Of a DNA stretch of 64,000 nucleotides, positions 1-16,849 are shown piece after piece (position 1 is the stretch's first letter; the number at the start of each line of letters is the position of its first letter). Source of the stretch: the human T2T-CHM13v2.0 reference genome, Homo sapiens. The DNA is taken from the NCBI RefSeq assembly GCF_009914755.1, contig NC_060931.1, one strand, 5' to 3'. The position numbers and the translations under genes were made by a program. The notes under the pieces were generated by a model. The model did not search any database. It was not told the origin of the DNA and was given only the letters and a program-made list of their open reading frames with translations.

Positions 1-1885
1 TGCTAACTCCACTTGCTAGAATAGGAATCCTCTAACAGGGACTTTATAGACAATGAACCATAAGGGACATTGGCTCTGCTGAACCAGCTTACCACTGACT
101 GTGACTGCCTCTTTCAGCATGGAGCTGATGGAACAGACTCCTCTCTGTGAGTCACAGTTGAGCTGAGCTGGACTCGGATCCTATGACCAACCTGTAACAT
201 GAGTTCAGCTTCTTTTCCCCTAACCCAAGAACAGTCAGTATGATGCTGCAGCTCTCTTACTCTCCATCATTAATGCTCTGTATATATTCACAAAATACAC
301 ACATGGAATCTGTGTCACACACATTTTTCCTGTATGAGGAAAAATGACTGGATGTGAGGAAGACAGATGGAGTGGGAATGAGGAACCAAGGTTTCCTGCT
401 TCTTGTTGAATCTGAGCTCTTCTTTGAGTTGTACCAGTGTAAGGAATATTTTAAATCCATTTTGTCAGAAAGTATTCACTCTGTACTCAGAAGGAATATC
501 TCAGAATGCCACTGTCTAACAGCGTCATACCCGGTCTTACAAGGGTGAAGTCTAGACAATCATACATTACAATTTAAAGGATTTAAATAATCACTTAAAA
601 TAATGTTTCACAAATGGCCAACATGAATGCTAAGTTTACTAGCAAACTAGACATCTTATTTTTTAAATTACCTTAACATTTAAAATTCTGAATAGCTTAT
701 ACAAAAGACACTTAGACTACTGGATAATGTTGCTAATTGTGTCTCTTGTCCTGTTGCAATAGCTGAATTCTTACAAATACTATGTCTAAGTTATGAGCAC
801 ATTACAAACATGCATACACACATGTGAATGTGCACATACACGGTTTTTCGTAATGGCATTTCCCTCAGCCATTAGTTTGTCATATGGACCAAAGTATTCA
901 ATTTCACATGAAGTGGGATCTACAGGTAACTATTCAGAAATTTTCTCATCAGTCCCTAGTATAATCTCCTTAAACAACATAAAAGATTACACCTAAAATA
1001 CATTTATTTTTAGAATAACTATTTACCTCTAGACCGTTCAGATGTAGCCAGTAACAATGTTTTTCTATCTCCCCTATTTAAACTTACTTGATAATGGAGT
1101 GTCATACTATAGTGTTGTTTTTAATTTTTTTAATTAAAGTGAGAACTCTATTGTAGAGAGTTTTCTAAAAACACTTAAAGTCAATAAGCTGATACATCTT
1201 TTCCCAGGATCTGCTCTGAAAATGTATAACAAACAGGAAAGTCAGCCTGAGAGACATAAACAAGTCACCAGCCTCACCCAGTGACCCTTGACAGGGCCAA
1301 GAATGGACCTCCGGCTCTGGGGTCCAGTCCTGCTCACCACTTGGTGCTGCTGCCCTCTGCTCTTTTGTTTCTAATAAAGTTTAAGACACTTCCTGTCTAA
1401 ATCACATGTGGTTATAGTTCCATGATCCCCATAGTAACACTGAAAGAGAAAAGAAAGTGAGTAGACTCTGCTAAAAGTCAACCAGGATGTTAGAAATTCC
1501 TCTCCACTGACTAATCATCTTTCTGCTATTGAACCTTCCTGTCTTTAAGAAATCCTATTTGCGTCACACCATAAGTGAAATTCCAGACAGTTAGGCCTTT
1601 CACAATGAAACAAAAAAAAAACTTAGAAGGGGCAGAAGGCATTCATGTGAAAGTCTGCTGTTTATCAGTGTAATTCTGGAGTTGTGATTTTTTTGGTCAA
1701 ATTCCCTGGCACCTAAATAGGCAATTTGAGAATAGCATTTGTTCTCACCAAACTACTATTTGCACACACAATCTTTGTACAAGGTATTTTTTAAAACTGT
1801 CTAAATCTAAGTTTGTTGAATAAAATATTGTTTGAAGTTGATAGAATTTCAGCTGAAGGCTGATTATCATTTTGTTACATTGGAA

Positions 1886-2210
1886 ACTTTTTTCGTAACA
1901 GTTTTATTGTGATAAAGTTCATATACCATAAAATGTAGCCATTTAATGTGTACAATTCAATTGTTTTAGTATATTCACAGAATTGTGCAACTGTTACCAC
2001 AATCAGTTTCAGCAAATTCTAATTACCCGAAAAGAAAACCTTGTACCCTTTAGCTATCACTCCACAATTGCCTCACAACAATCAACAACCTCCCCTGCCT
2101 CCACTGTAAACAATCACTCATCTACTTTCTGTCTCTAAAAAGTTGCCCCTCTGGACGTTTCATATAAATAGACTAGTATAATACATGGTCTTTTCTGACT
2201 ATATTATTTC
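1886..2210 (-). mobile_element. Old L1M (L1MB/L1MC-type) 3' UTR fragment
   Basis: Antisense L1M 3'-end motifs: 'agttttattgtgataaagttcatataccataaaat', 'tgtacaattcaattgtttttagtatattcacagaattgtgcaac', 'ctactttctgtctcta...ctggacgtttcatataaatag'. Confidence 0.7.
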
Positions 2211-5200
2211 CTTTTTTAAAATTTTTAAACGCTTTTATTTTAGGTTCAGAGTCCATGTGCAGGTTTGTTATATGGGGAAAATTGTGCCATGGGAGTTTGT
2301 TGTACAGATTATTTCATTACCCAGGTACTAAGCCTACTACCCAATAGTAATCTTTTTTCTGTTCATCTCACTCCTCTGATCCTGCACCCTCTGGTATGTC
2401 CCAGTGTCTCTTGTTCCATTCTTTGTGTCCATGGGTTCTCATCATTTAGCTGCCACTTATAAGTGAGAACATGTGATATTTGGTTTTTGTTCCCACATTA
2501 GTTTGCTAAGGATAATGGCTTCCAGCTCCATTTATGTCCCTGCAGAGGACATGATCTCCTTCATTTTTATGGCTTCAGAGTATTCCATGGTGTATATGTA
2601 CAACATTTTCTTTATCCAGTCTACCAGTGATGGGCATTTAGGTTGATTCCATGTCTTTGCTATTGTGAATAGTGCTGCAATGAACATACTTATGCATGTG
2701 GATCTTTATGACAGAATGATTTCTATTCCTTTGGATATATTCCCAGTAATGGGATAGCTGGATCAATTGGTAGTTCTGTTTTCAGCTTTTCAAGGAATTG
2801 CCAACTGCTTTCCATAATGGTTGAACTAATTTACACTCCCACCAACAGTGTATAAGCATTCCCTTTTCTCGACAACCTCTCCAGCATCTGTTATTTTTTA
2901 TTTTTGATAATAGCCATTCTGACTGGTGTGAGATTCTATCTCATCGTTGTTTTGATTTGCATTTCTCTAATGATCAGTGATATTGAGCTTTTTTCATATG
3001 CTTGTTAGCCTTCTGTGTCTTCTTTTGAAAAGTGTCTGTTCTTGTTCTTTGCCCGCTTTCTAATGGGGTTGATTTTTTTCTTGTAAATTTAATTTCCCTA
3101 TTGATGCTGGACATTAGACTTGTCAGATGCGTAGTTTGCAGATATTTTCTTCCACTCTGTAGATTGACTGTTTACTCAGTTGATAGTTTCTTTTGCTGTG
3201 CAGAAGCTCTTTAGTTTAACTAGATCCCATTTATCAATTTTTGCTTTTGTTGCAATTGTTTTGGCGTCTTTGTCATGAAATCTATGTCCATTGCCGACTT
3301 ATTTCTATGCTTTCTATTCTGTTCCATTGGTCTGTGTGTCTGTGTTTGTACCTGTACCATGCAGCTTTAGTTACCGTAGCCCTGTAGTACAGATTGAAGT
3401 CAGGTAGCGTGATGCCTCTGATTTGTTCTTTTTTATTAGTTGCCATTCTGGACATTTGCCTTGGCTATTCTGGCTCTTTTTTTGGTTCTATATGAATTTA
3501 AAAATATTTTTTCTAGTTCTGTGAAGAATGTCATTGGTAGTTTGATAAGAGTACCACTGAACCTGTAAGTTGCTTTGGATAGTATGGCCATTTTAATGAT
3601 ATTGATTCTTCTGATCCATAAGCATGAAATGTTTTTCTATTTGTTTGTGTCATCTCTGATTTATTTGATCAGTGTTTTGTAATTCTTATTTTAGAGATCT
3701 TTCACCTTTCTGGTTAACTGTATTCCTAGGTATTGGCAGTTGGGAATGGGATTGCATTCCTGATTTGGCTCTCTGCTTAACTGTTAGTGTGTAGGAATGC
3801 TAGTGATTTTTTTACATTGATTTTGCATCCCAAAACTTTGCTGAAGTTGTTTATAAACTCAAGGAGCTTTTGGGCAGAGATTATGGGGTATTCTACATAC
3901 AGGCTCATATCGTCTGCAAACAGGGATAGTTTGACTTCCTCTCTTCCTATATGGATGGGCTTTCCTTGTCTTGCCTGATTGCTCTGGCCAGGACTTCCAA
4001 TACTATGTTGAATAGGAATGGTGAGGGAGGGCATCCTTGTCTTGTGCCAATTTTCAAGGAGAATGCTTCCAGCTTTAGCCCATTCAGTGTGATGTTAGCT
4101 GTGGTTTTGTCACAGACAGCTCTTATTATTTTGAGATATGTTCCTTCTGTACCTAGTTTGTTGAGAGTTTTTAACATGGAGAGATGTTGAATTTTATCAA
4201 AACCCTTTCCAGCATCTATTGAGATGATCATGTGGTTTTTGTCTTTAGTTTTGTTTAGATGATGAATCATGTTTATTGATTTGTATATGTTGAACCAGCC
4301 TTGCATCCCAGAGGTAAAGCCTATTTGATCATGATAGATTCACTTTTGATGTGCTGCTGGATTTAGTTTGCTAGTATTTTGTTGATAATTTTTGCATCAA
4401 TGTTTACCAAGGATACTAATCTGAAGTTTTCATTTTTCGTTGTGTCTCTGCCAGGTTTTGGTAACATGATGATGCTAGCCTCATACATTTAGTTGTGGAG
4501 GACTCCCTCCTTAATTTTTTGTGATAGTTTCAGTAGAAATGGTACGAGCTCTTTTTTGTACATCTGGTAGAATTTGACTGTGAATCCTTCTGGTCCTGGG
4601 CCTTTTTTGTTGGTAGACTATTTATTACTGATTCTATTTCAGAACTCATTATTGGTCTGCTCAGGGATTCAATTGCTCCCTGGTTCAGTCTTGGGAGAGT
4701 GTATGTTTCCAGGAGCTTGTTCATTTCTTCTAGATTTTCTGGTTTGTGTGCATAGAAGTGTTCATTATATTCTCTGATGGTTACTTGTATTTCTGTGGGG
4801 TCAGTGGTAATATCCCCTTTGTCATTTCTAATTGTGTTTATTTTTATCCTTTCTCTTTTCTTTTTCTTTTTTTTTCAAAAACCCAACTCTTGGATTTGTT
4901 GATCTTTTGAATGGTTCTTCATGTCTCGGTCTCCTTCAGTTCAACTGATTTTGGTTATTTTTTTGTCTTCTGTTAGCTTTGGGGTTGATTTGTTCTTGAT
5001 TCTGTAGTTCTTTTAGTTGTGATGTTAGGTTGTTAAATTGATATCTTTCTAACTTTTTGACGTGGGCATTTAGTGCTATAAATTTCCCTCTTAACACTGT
5101 CTTAGCTGTGTCCCAGAGATTCTGGTATGTTGTGTCTTTGTTCTCATTAGTTTCAAAGAACTTTGTGATTTCTGCCTTAATTTCATTACTTACCCAAAAG

Positions 5201-5276
5201 CCATTCAGGAGCAGGTTGTTTAATTTCCATTTAATTGCATGGTTTGGGGCAATTTTCTTAATCTTGATTTCCAGTT

Positions 5277-5681
5277 TTATTGTGCTATCATCTGAGAGAG
5301 TGATTGTAATGATTTCAGGTTTTCTACATTTGCTGAGATTATTTTATGTCCAACTGTGTGGTCGATTTTAGAGTATGTGTCATGTGGTAATGAGAAGAAC
5401 GTATATTCTGTTGTTTTTGGGTGGAAAGTTTTGTAGATGTCTATCAGGTCCATTTGGTTCAGTGCTGAGTTTGGGTCCTGAATATCTTTGTTAATATTCT
5501 GCTTCAGTGATCTGTCTAGTATTGTCAATAAGGTGTTAAAGTCTCCCACTATTATTGTGTGGGAGTCTAAGTCTCTTTGAAGGTCTCTAAAAACTTGCTT
5601 TATGAATCTGGGTATTCCTGTGTTGGGTGCATATATATTCAGGATAGTTAGGTATTCTTGTTGAATTGAGTCCTTTACCAT
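5277..5681 (-). pseudogene. L1 ORF2 endonuclease-domain remnant
   Basis: Motifs 'TILNIYAPN', 'IIVGDFNT', 'DLIDIYKTFHP..EYTFFS..H.TYSKIDH' of the APE-like endonuclease. Confidence 0.9.
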
Positions 5682-6101
5682 TATGTAGGCCCTTCTTTGT
5701 CTTTTTTTATCTTTGTTAGTTTGAAATCTATTTTATCTGAAATTAGGATTGCAACACATGCTTTTTTTCTGTTTTCCATTTGCTTTTTCTCCATTCATTT
5801 ATTTTGAGCCTATGGGCGTCACTGCATGTAAGATGGGTCTCTTGAAGGCAGTATACCATTAGTTCTTGCTACTTTATCCAGCTTGTCACTCTGTGCCTTT
5901 TAATTAGGGCATTTATCCTGTATTCAAGGTTAGTATTGATGTGTGTGAATATGATCCTGTCATGGTGTTGTTAGCTGGTTCTTATGCAGGCTTGTTCGTG
6001 TGGTTGCTTTATAGTGTCACTGGTCCGTGTATTTAAGTTTGTTTTTGTAGTGGCTGGTAATGGTCTTTCCTTTTCATATTTAGGGCTTCTTTCAGGAGCT
6101 C

Positions 6102-6524
6102 TTAGATGGCAGGTCTGGTGGTAATGAATTCTCTCAGCATATTTTTGTCTAAAAAGGATCTTTTTTCTTTATCACTTATGAAGCTTAGTTTGGACGGACA
6201 TGAAATTCTTGGGTGGAATTTCTTTTCTTTAATAATGTTGAATATAGGCCCCCAATCTCTTCTGGCTTGTATAGTTTCTGCTGAGCCATCTGCTGTTAGT
6301 CTGATGAGCTTCCCTTTGTAGGTGACCTGTCCTTTCTCTGTAGCTGCCTTTAACAATTTCTCTTTCATTTCATCCTGGGAGAATCTGATGATTATGTGTC
6401 TTGGGGATGATCTTCTTGTGAAGCATTTTGCAAGGATTCTCTGCGTTTCCTGAATTTGAATGTTGACCTCTCTTGTTACGTCAGAGAAGTTCTCATGGAT
6501 GATATTTTGAAATGTATTTTCCAA
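6102..6524 (-). pseudogene. L1 ORF1p remnant (RRM/C-terminal region), disrupted
   Basis: Translation 'SSPRHIIIRFS..KEKLLKAATEKGQVTYKGKLIRLTAD.SAETIQARRDWGPIFNI' is typical L1 ORF1p. The frame is broken upstream. Confidence 0.9.
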
Positions 6525-8064
6525 GTTTCTTTCATTCTCCCCATCTCTTTTAGGGATGCCAATGAGTCATAGATTAAGTCTTTTTACATAATCCCATATT
6601 TCATAGAGGTTTTCTTTCCTTTTTATTCTTTTTTCTTTATTCTTTTCTGACTGTTGTATTTCAGAAAGTTAGTCTTCAGGCTCTGAGGTTCTTTCCTCAG
6701 CTTGGTCTACTCTGTTGTTAATGCTTGTGATCGCATTATGAAATTATTGTAGTGTATTTTTCAGCTCTATCAAGTCAGTTACATTCTCTTCTATACTGTC
6801 AGCTCCATCAAGTCAGTTACATTCTTTTCTATACTGTCAGTTCCTGTATCTTTTTATTGTGATTCTTAGCTTTCTTAGATTTATTTTCAACATTCTCCTG
6901 GATCTCAATGATCTTTGTTCTTATCCATGTTCTGGATTTTATTTCTGTCATTCCAACCATCTCAGCCTGGTTAAGAACTCTTGCTGGAGAACTAGTGCTG
7001 TCATTTGGAGGAAAGAAGACATTCTGGGCTTTTGAGTTGTCAGAGATGTTGCACTGGCACTGCTTCTTTCCTCATCTTTGTGGGCTAACGTTCCTTCAGT
7101 CTTAAATTGCTGTCCTTTGGATGAGTTTTTTTTTTCTTTTATTCTATTTGATGACCTTGGAAGTTTGATTGTGGTACGAGTTGGGTTTAGTTGACTGGCT
7201 TCATTTCTCCTTCATTTCTCAAGGATTTTAGGGGGCCAAGGCTCAGCTCAGGTCTCCTGGATTGCATGCTCTAACTCTAGGGGACTGATATTGGGCCCCT
7301 GTTTTGCTCTCTGGCTCCTTAAGGTTAGGAACCTGCTATGCTAGAAGGACCGAGGTGCTCCCAGACTGCTGGTCAAAACACTCTGAAGGGTGATGCCAGA
7401 CAAAGTACATCATAGGGTGATGACAGTGGGGTACATCCTTGCTTGCACATGCCAAGAGCAACTGCAGCATGGCAAGGTGCATGCTCATCAGCTGTGGTAG
7501 GGTGCTAGCAGGTGCCAGGGTGCTGGCCTCCATGCAGGTTTTCACAACAGCAGCTGGCATTGATAACATAGCCTCCACAGACTACCAGGATTGGATGAGA
7601 CCTTAATGGCCATTTCCTACTCAATGTGATACCATAGAAAAAAAATCTAATGGGGGATTATAAAGAATGGTAGGTTTGTGAGTGTGAGCACAGAGCAGTC
7701 ACTCTGGGTCCTAATTTCATCACACATGAAGTACTGGATCTGAATTGGATAAGAAACTTCATTTAGATCTTTTATTCTCTTCTACCTATTCCTTACAAGG
7801 AAAGCTCTATGAAGCATTAAGGCATATTCTAATTTCCCAAATAAAATAAAAGTTCTTTGAGAACTTTGAGAATCCTTTTGAGTCACAGACTTTTCATTTA
7901 GAAAAAGTCTTTCAAGAAGCATTAAATACCTACTAAGTGTCAAATTTTGTATAAGATCTTGAGGCAGAAAAATAAATGAATTCTAGTTCTTTTCCTCAAG
8001 AGTATCCAAACCATTTATCATGAATCCATCATTATAAGTGACAGGTGTCTATACAGAGGTAATA

Positions 8065-8215
8065 ATGCTAAGAGGGGATATCATTTATTGATCATTTACT
8101 ATGCACCAGGAATTGTGCTAAGTGCCTTATACATTTTATAATTTAAGTCTCATAACAGTATAAGGTAGACATTTATTATTATTCTCAGGGGTCAGGTAAC
8201 TTGTCAAAGATCAAA
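8065..8215 (-). mobile_element. MIR fragment
   Basis: Antisense MIR core: 'catttattgatcatttactatgcaccaggaattgtgctaagtgccttatac...aacttgtcaaagatca'. Confidence 0.6.
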
Positions 8216-9101
8216 GGTGGTCTGGTTCTAATTTCAGAGGAAACAAAATAGGGAAAATACAATTATATTTGTGGGAGGGTGGGGGTAGCCTTTTAATACA
8301 TTTCGTCTTTTCCTCTCCTAAGGCCTTCTGGAGGAACTACACTGGAAGTATATAATAAGGATAGATATATGATAATGGTATTCTACTATTGTGTAAAATT
8401 TCCATGGCAGGGAACAGAAAACACTTAAGCTGCCATAAGTAGAAAAGAATTTAATACAGGCAACCTAATATAGAAAATTCAAAAATAAATTAGTACAGGA
8501 AATTAGGTGTTTAGAAAATTGCTACAAGAACTATAGGAGCAGGCTCTGGGCTGGGCCTCCAGGAATGACTATAACAACCACACAGCTGAACTGGCCTGCC
8601 AAGGGAAAGTGACTTCTGGGAATTTAGCCAACTCCTGACTCAAGGATCACCCTTGCCTTTGCTGTGATTTCAGACCAGAAGCCCACCACTGCCACTATGG
8701 GCTGCAGAGTCATGCAAATTCTCCCAGATTTGCACATGAAAAATGAATGTCTTACACCCTGTGGCTCAGCTCACTCCTCAGTTAACTCAGTTCTGAATGC
8801 AAGTGTCATTTGAGAATTTCTGATGGGCAAGACATAAATCACATCTAGAATCCTAGGATGAAACCCATCTGGAATTTTTTTTTCATCCTCTGCCTTGGAA
8901 GGAGATTAAAACAGATGTTTAAAAAGTCAATCCAGCATATCCACTATAACCAAGAATTCCTGGGCAAACTCCACAGTATTTCACTCTAACATTTTGAAAG
9001 TCCTTGTGGTTTCCTCGACCTTTCCAGTAGGATCTTCCCATATTTCAAAAAGCATTTATTTTTAAACATGTGCCTCAACATAATTTCAATTTTTTGTTCT
9101 T

Positions 9102-12860
<3,759 letters not shown>

Positions 12861-13180
12861 GACTATATTATGTCAGACCTCTCACATTGATAACTGTTTT
12901 TATCTAATAAAATAATAAGGCTGCAAATACACTATTTTTTCACAGCCTATTTCTTGTTTTCTAGATTTATAGGGCAATTTTAGGTACTTGTGCTTGGATC
13001 CAGAGTCACTATATGCTTCTGATCTTTCCTAGATGCCAGCTACAATCAATCAATCAATCAACCACATAACTCATGTGCCATTTTCACTGGCTTTTTCCTG
13101 CACTTATGAACCTCATCTGTCCTCATTGTAAACAGCATTAAGCTGCATAAATACAATTAAGAAGATATGTATCGTCAATC

Positions 13181-13217
13181 TGTGTGTGTGTGTGTGTGTG
13201 TGTATGTGTGTGTGTGT
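13181..13217. repeat. (TG)n microsatellite, one interruption
   Basis: Direct reading. Confidence 0.95.
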
Positions 13218-14529
13218 TTAATTTAGCCAATAGCATCTAGTAACAAGAAAGATTTGGAATCCCAATGACAGCAAGAAGATTGGTAAACATAATAGTTTCG
13301 TAACACCTGGCTTACATGATCATGAGAAAGCTCCTTATGTCTGCATGATCCACACTTTTGTGTAACAAGAGTTAAATGCTTAGTTTAGATTCTATGTGTC
13401 CATAACTGAATTTCACAGGGGACTTTGAACTGGACTATAGCACTGCATTTGAATGGTCTCTTAGAGGAATCTACCTGAGATACAAATTTATCTCTTACAC
13501 AGCCCCTAAACTTAAGTGTCGTGTATTTTCAGTCTTCCAATTCAATAGGCTACGTATATTATCCAGAATTCTTATAATTTGAAATCCACAAAAGAAAACA
13601 TAATTTGGAGAACAGTGAAACATGTAAAATTGTTACTAAATTTCATTTCTTTGTTGCATTTTCTGAAGTGTATAAAATAGCCTTTAATAATTACAAAGGC
13701 TCCTCTCCTCATTACACTCATTTGGCTTTTTGAGAAACAAAGTACCACATTGAGTTATCACCTTTCCCAGTCATAATTTTCCTATATATCGTTTCAGTTT
13801 TTCTAAGAGCTAGTTTTCAGAGTCTAGTCCTATACACTCCATTCCTTGAAAAACTTAGTAAATGTGTTTTATCATCACAAAATCTCTTCCAAGTTATGTC
13901 ATCTTTATAAAGTTAAGTGTTCCTGACATTAGTTTAATCATTTCAGCTATTTCCTATTTGTAATTCTCCTAGAATGTAGTTATTTTTTAGGATGAATCAA
14001 TGACTTTTTCTTTCACATAATCATGGTTTTTAGTGGCAAACAACATACATTGTATACTAAACAGCATTGTTTATTTTAAGGAACATTTACATAATACTCA
14101 CCATATGGATATTGAAAACATGATGGGTAATGTAAGCCTGTTATATTGCTTAAAATATACTCTGAGTATATCTAAAGGAAACATTAAGCCAATTTCTCAC
14201 AGTTGTTTAAAGTGAAGGAAGAAAAAAAGTCCTTGTTTTGTAATAAACAAATGCCCATATCAGTCTTAGAATTTATATTATTTTGTATCTCCTTTTTCAG
14301 ATAGCCTAATGTATTTATTGCAACTTAATTAGATACGTTTCCAAAGAGGTATTTTAATTTATAAATTCACTGAATGAGTATTAAAATGTTCATAATTATG
14401 CATGTGAACATAGTTCAATAACTTCCTATAGCACATTGTGCATTGCAAAGTTCAGCAGGTTATTTCCACAAGGCCTATATTTCCTTAATCTTCATGGCCT
14501 ACTTGAACCCTGAAGACATTTTGGACACT

Positions 14530-15850
14530 TATTTAACACTAAGCATAATTTGCTGAGCATCTACTATGGGTCATACATTATTTGAGGCACTGGAGAATCA
14601 GTCAAGAAGGATGAAAATCCTTGCTTCCATGAAGCTATAATTCTAATGGAGAAATACAAATAATTCACAAGATAAGTAAAATATATTGTATTTTAGAAAG
14701 TGGCAAGTGTTAGGAATAAAACTAAGATAAGGAATATGAATTATCAGTGAAGGTGGCTGTTATGGACTAAATGTGTTTCCCCCAAATTTATATGCTAAAA
14801 CCCTGACCCCAAATGTGATGGTATTTGAAGGTGGGGCCTTTGGGAGGTAATTAGGTTTACATGAGGTCATGAAAGTAGTGACCTCATGATGGGAATAGCA
14901 CCTTTATAAGAAGAGTAAGAGACATGCAGAAGCTCTCCCTTCATGTGCACACACCAAGGAAGGACCATGGGAACTCCTAGCAGGAAGGCAAGCCAGGATG
15001 TGAGCCTTCACCAGACACTGATGCTCCGGGCACCTGGATCTTGAACTTCCAGTCTCTAGAAGGGTGACAAGTTAATTCCTGTTGTTTAAGCCACTCAGTC
15101 TACAGTATTTTAATATGGTAGCCTGGGCTGACTAAGACAATGCCAAGTTAGAAGTTTTAAACAGGGTAAACAGAAAAGTAAGGATATGAAGGAAGTGAGG
15201 AAGGTAGCCATGCAGATACTGGAGAAAGAGCATTCCAGGCAAGAACAACAAGTGCAAAGGCATTGAGGAATAAGAGGATAGAATGGACAAGATAGTAAGA
15301 AAGGCAATGGTACATAAGGACAGAGAGGTAAACATGAATGGTCTTGTAACTCATAGCAGGTATTTTGACCATTATTTTGAGTGAGATGGGAAGCATCTCT
15401 TCCCATCTCTAAGCAGAGAAAAAGAGAGAGCAGAGAAGAGCAGAGGGCACTAAGCAGAGAAAGAAGAGATATAACCTGGCTTCGATTCTAACTATATATC
15501 CTGCTTCTATGTTGAGAACAGATTGCAGTGAGCCAAGGTCAGGAGCAGGGAAACAGTTTAGTGTCTACTACCATGATCTAGGTGTAAAACAGTGGCTTAA
15601 GTCAAGCTAATGGTATTTGGGATGGTAAAAAGTAGTGGCATTATGAGTATGTTTTGAAGGTAGAGATGACAAGATTTGCTATCAGACTAGATCTGGCTTA
15701 TGCAAAAGAAAGATAAATTAAGGATGACACCAAGGTTTTTGGCTTGAGTAACTGAAAGAGTAATCATTAACTAAGAAGGGGAAGAATTCAAATGGAGCTT
15801 GTTTTGTGGATGAAATATTGGGAATTAAATTTAGGGCACGTGTTCTAAAA
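14530..15850 (-). mobile_element. L2 3' region, interrupted by an MLT1A-type LTR
   Basis: Antisense L2 motifs 'tttgctgagcatctactatgggtc', 'ccatgcagatactggagaaagagcattccaggcaagaacaacaagtgcaaagg', 'aaggatgacaccaaggtttttggcttgag'. Confidence 0.75.
14758..15139 (+). mobile_element. MaLR solo LTR (MLT1A/MLT1A0-like)
   Basis: Begins 'tgttatggactaaatgtgtttccccc', contains 'gggcctttgggaggtaattagg', ends 'gctgactaagaca'. Confidence 0.85.
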
Positions 15851-15904
15851 AGGAAAAAGTGATCAAATTCTTTTGTTTTATCAATTAAGATAAAAATTAA
15901 GAAA

Positions 15905-16247
15905 TTATATAGTTTGGCTCTCTGTCCCCACCCAAATCTCACCTTGAATTGTAATAATCCTCACATGTCAGGGGCAGAACCAGGTGAAAATAATTAAATC
16001 TTGGGGGCAGCTTCCCCACACTGTTCTCATGATAGTGAGTTCTCACGAGATTTGATGGTTTTATAAGGGGCTTCCTCCCTGCACTCATTCTTTCTCCTGC
16101 TGCCCTGTGAAGAGGTAACTTCTGCCATGATTACAAGTTTCCTGAGGCCTCCCTAGACATGTGGAACTAACTGCAAGTCAATTAAACCTCTTTTCTTTAT
16201 AAATTACCCAGTCTTGGGTATTTCTTCATGAGAACAGAATAATACAC
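15905..16247 (+). mobile_element. THE1 (THE1C/D-like) MaLR solo LTR
   Basis: 'tttggctctctgtccccacccaaatctcaccttgaattgtaataatcc', 'gagttctcacgagatttgatgg', 'caattaaacctcttttctttataaattacccagtc', ends 'aataca'. Confidence 0.88.
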
Positions 16248-16310
16248 TGTGATTTTCTAATTCTATTATTTCCTTTGTGGTTATTAGCTGAATTTTTAAA
16301 AGAACTTTCC

Positions 16311-16666
16311 CTCATCCCTGACTTAATCATGGTTCAATTTAAGGTTTTTCAACTTTACCATAGTCTAAAGTGATACACATTCAGTAGAAACTGCAGTTTA
16401 AGTATCTATACACGTTCTGTTCTTTAACTTTCATTAGTCAATAAATTAAATGATATATTCAATACTTTATTACAAAATAGTCTTTGTGTTAGATGATTTA
16501 GCCCAATTGTAGGCTAGCGTGTTTCAAGTATGTTTAAGATAGGCTAGCTTAAACTATGATGCTTCTTTAGTATGCTAGGTGTACTAAATGCATTTTTGAC
16601 TTATGACATTTTCAACTCACATGGGTTTATTGGGACATAATCCCATTCCAAGTAGAAGAGCATTTG
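16311..16666 (-). mobile_element. MER47A-like Tigger (Tc1/mariner) non-autonomous DNA transposon
   Basis: Antisense of MER47A motifs: 'tttgtgttagatgatttagcccaattgtaggcta', 'aaatgcatttttgacttatgacattttcaac', 'gggtttattgggacataatcccat'. Confidence 0.8.
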
Positions 16667-16849
16667 ATTGGTTACACTGAAACAAATTTTTTAAAGGAAA
16701 GGCTGGCTTCATTATTTCCTTTTGTCACTTTTTGAGAATAATGAGTCAGTTTCCAACAAGACTCTAATGGTGAACATTGAGGGTGTGTGGTTTCTATATC
16801 ATTCTGAAGCTGTGGATTTCCATATATTTAATGTGTTTCAATGTATTGC

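Larger units (their letters stand above)
2212..7560 (-). mobile_element. Near-full-length, inactive old primate LINE-1 (about L1PA13-L1PA16/L1PB class) with 3'UTR, ORF2, ORF1 and part of the 5'UTR
   Basis: T-rich tail at ~2212-2240, then antisense 3'UTR. Minus-strand ORF fragments match L1 ORF2 RT (3947-4306 [14 protein letters not shown]; 3777-4034 KLSLFADDM), ORF2 EN (5277-5681 LNIYAPN..IIVGDFNT) and ORF1 (6102-6524 PRHIIIRF..QARRDWGPIF). An internal ORF2 deletion of a few hundred bp lies near 3293. 5' boundary is approximate. Confidence 0.93.
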
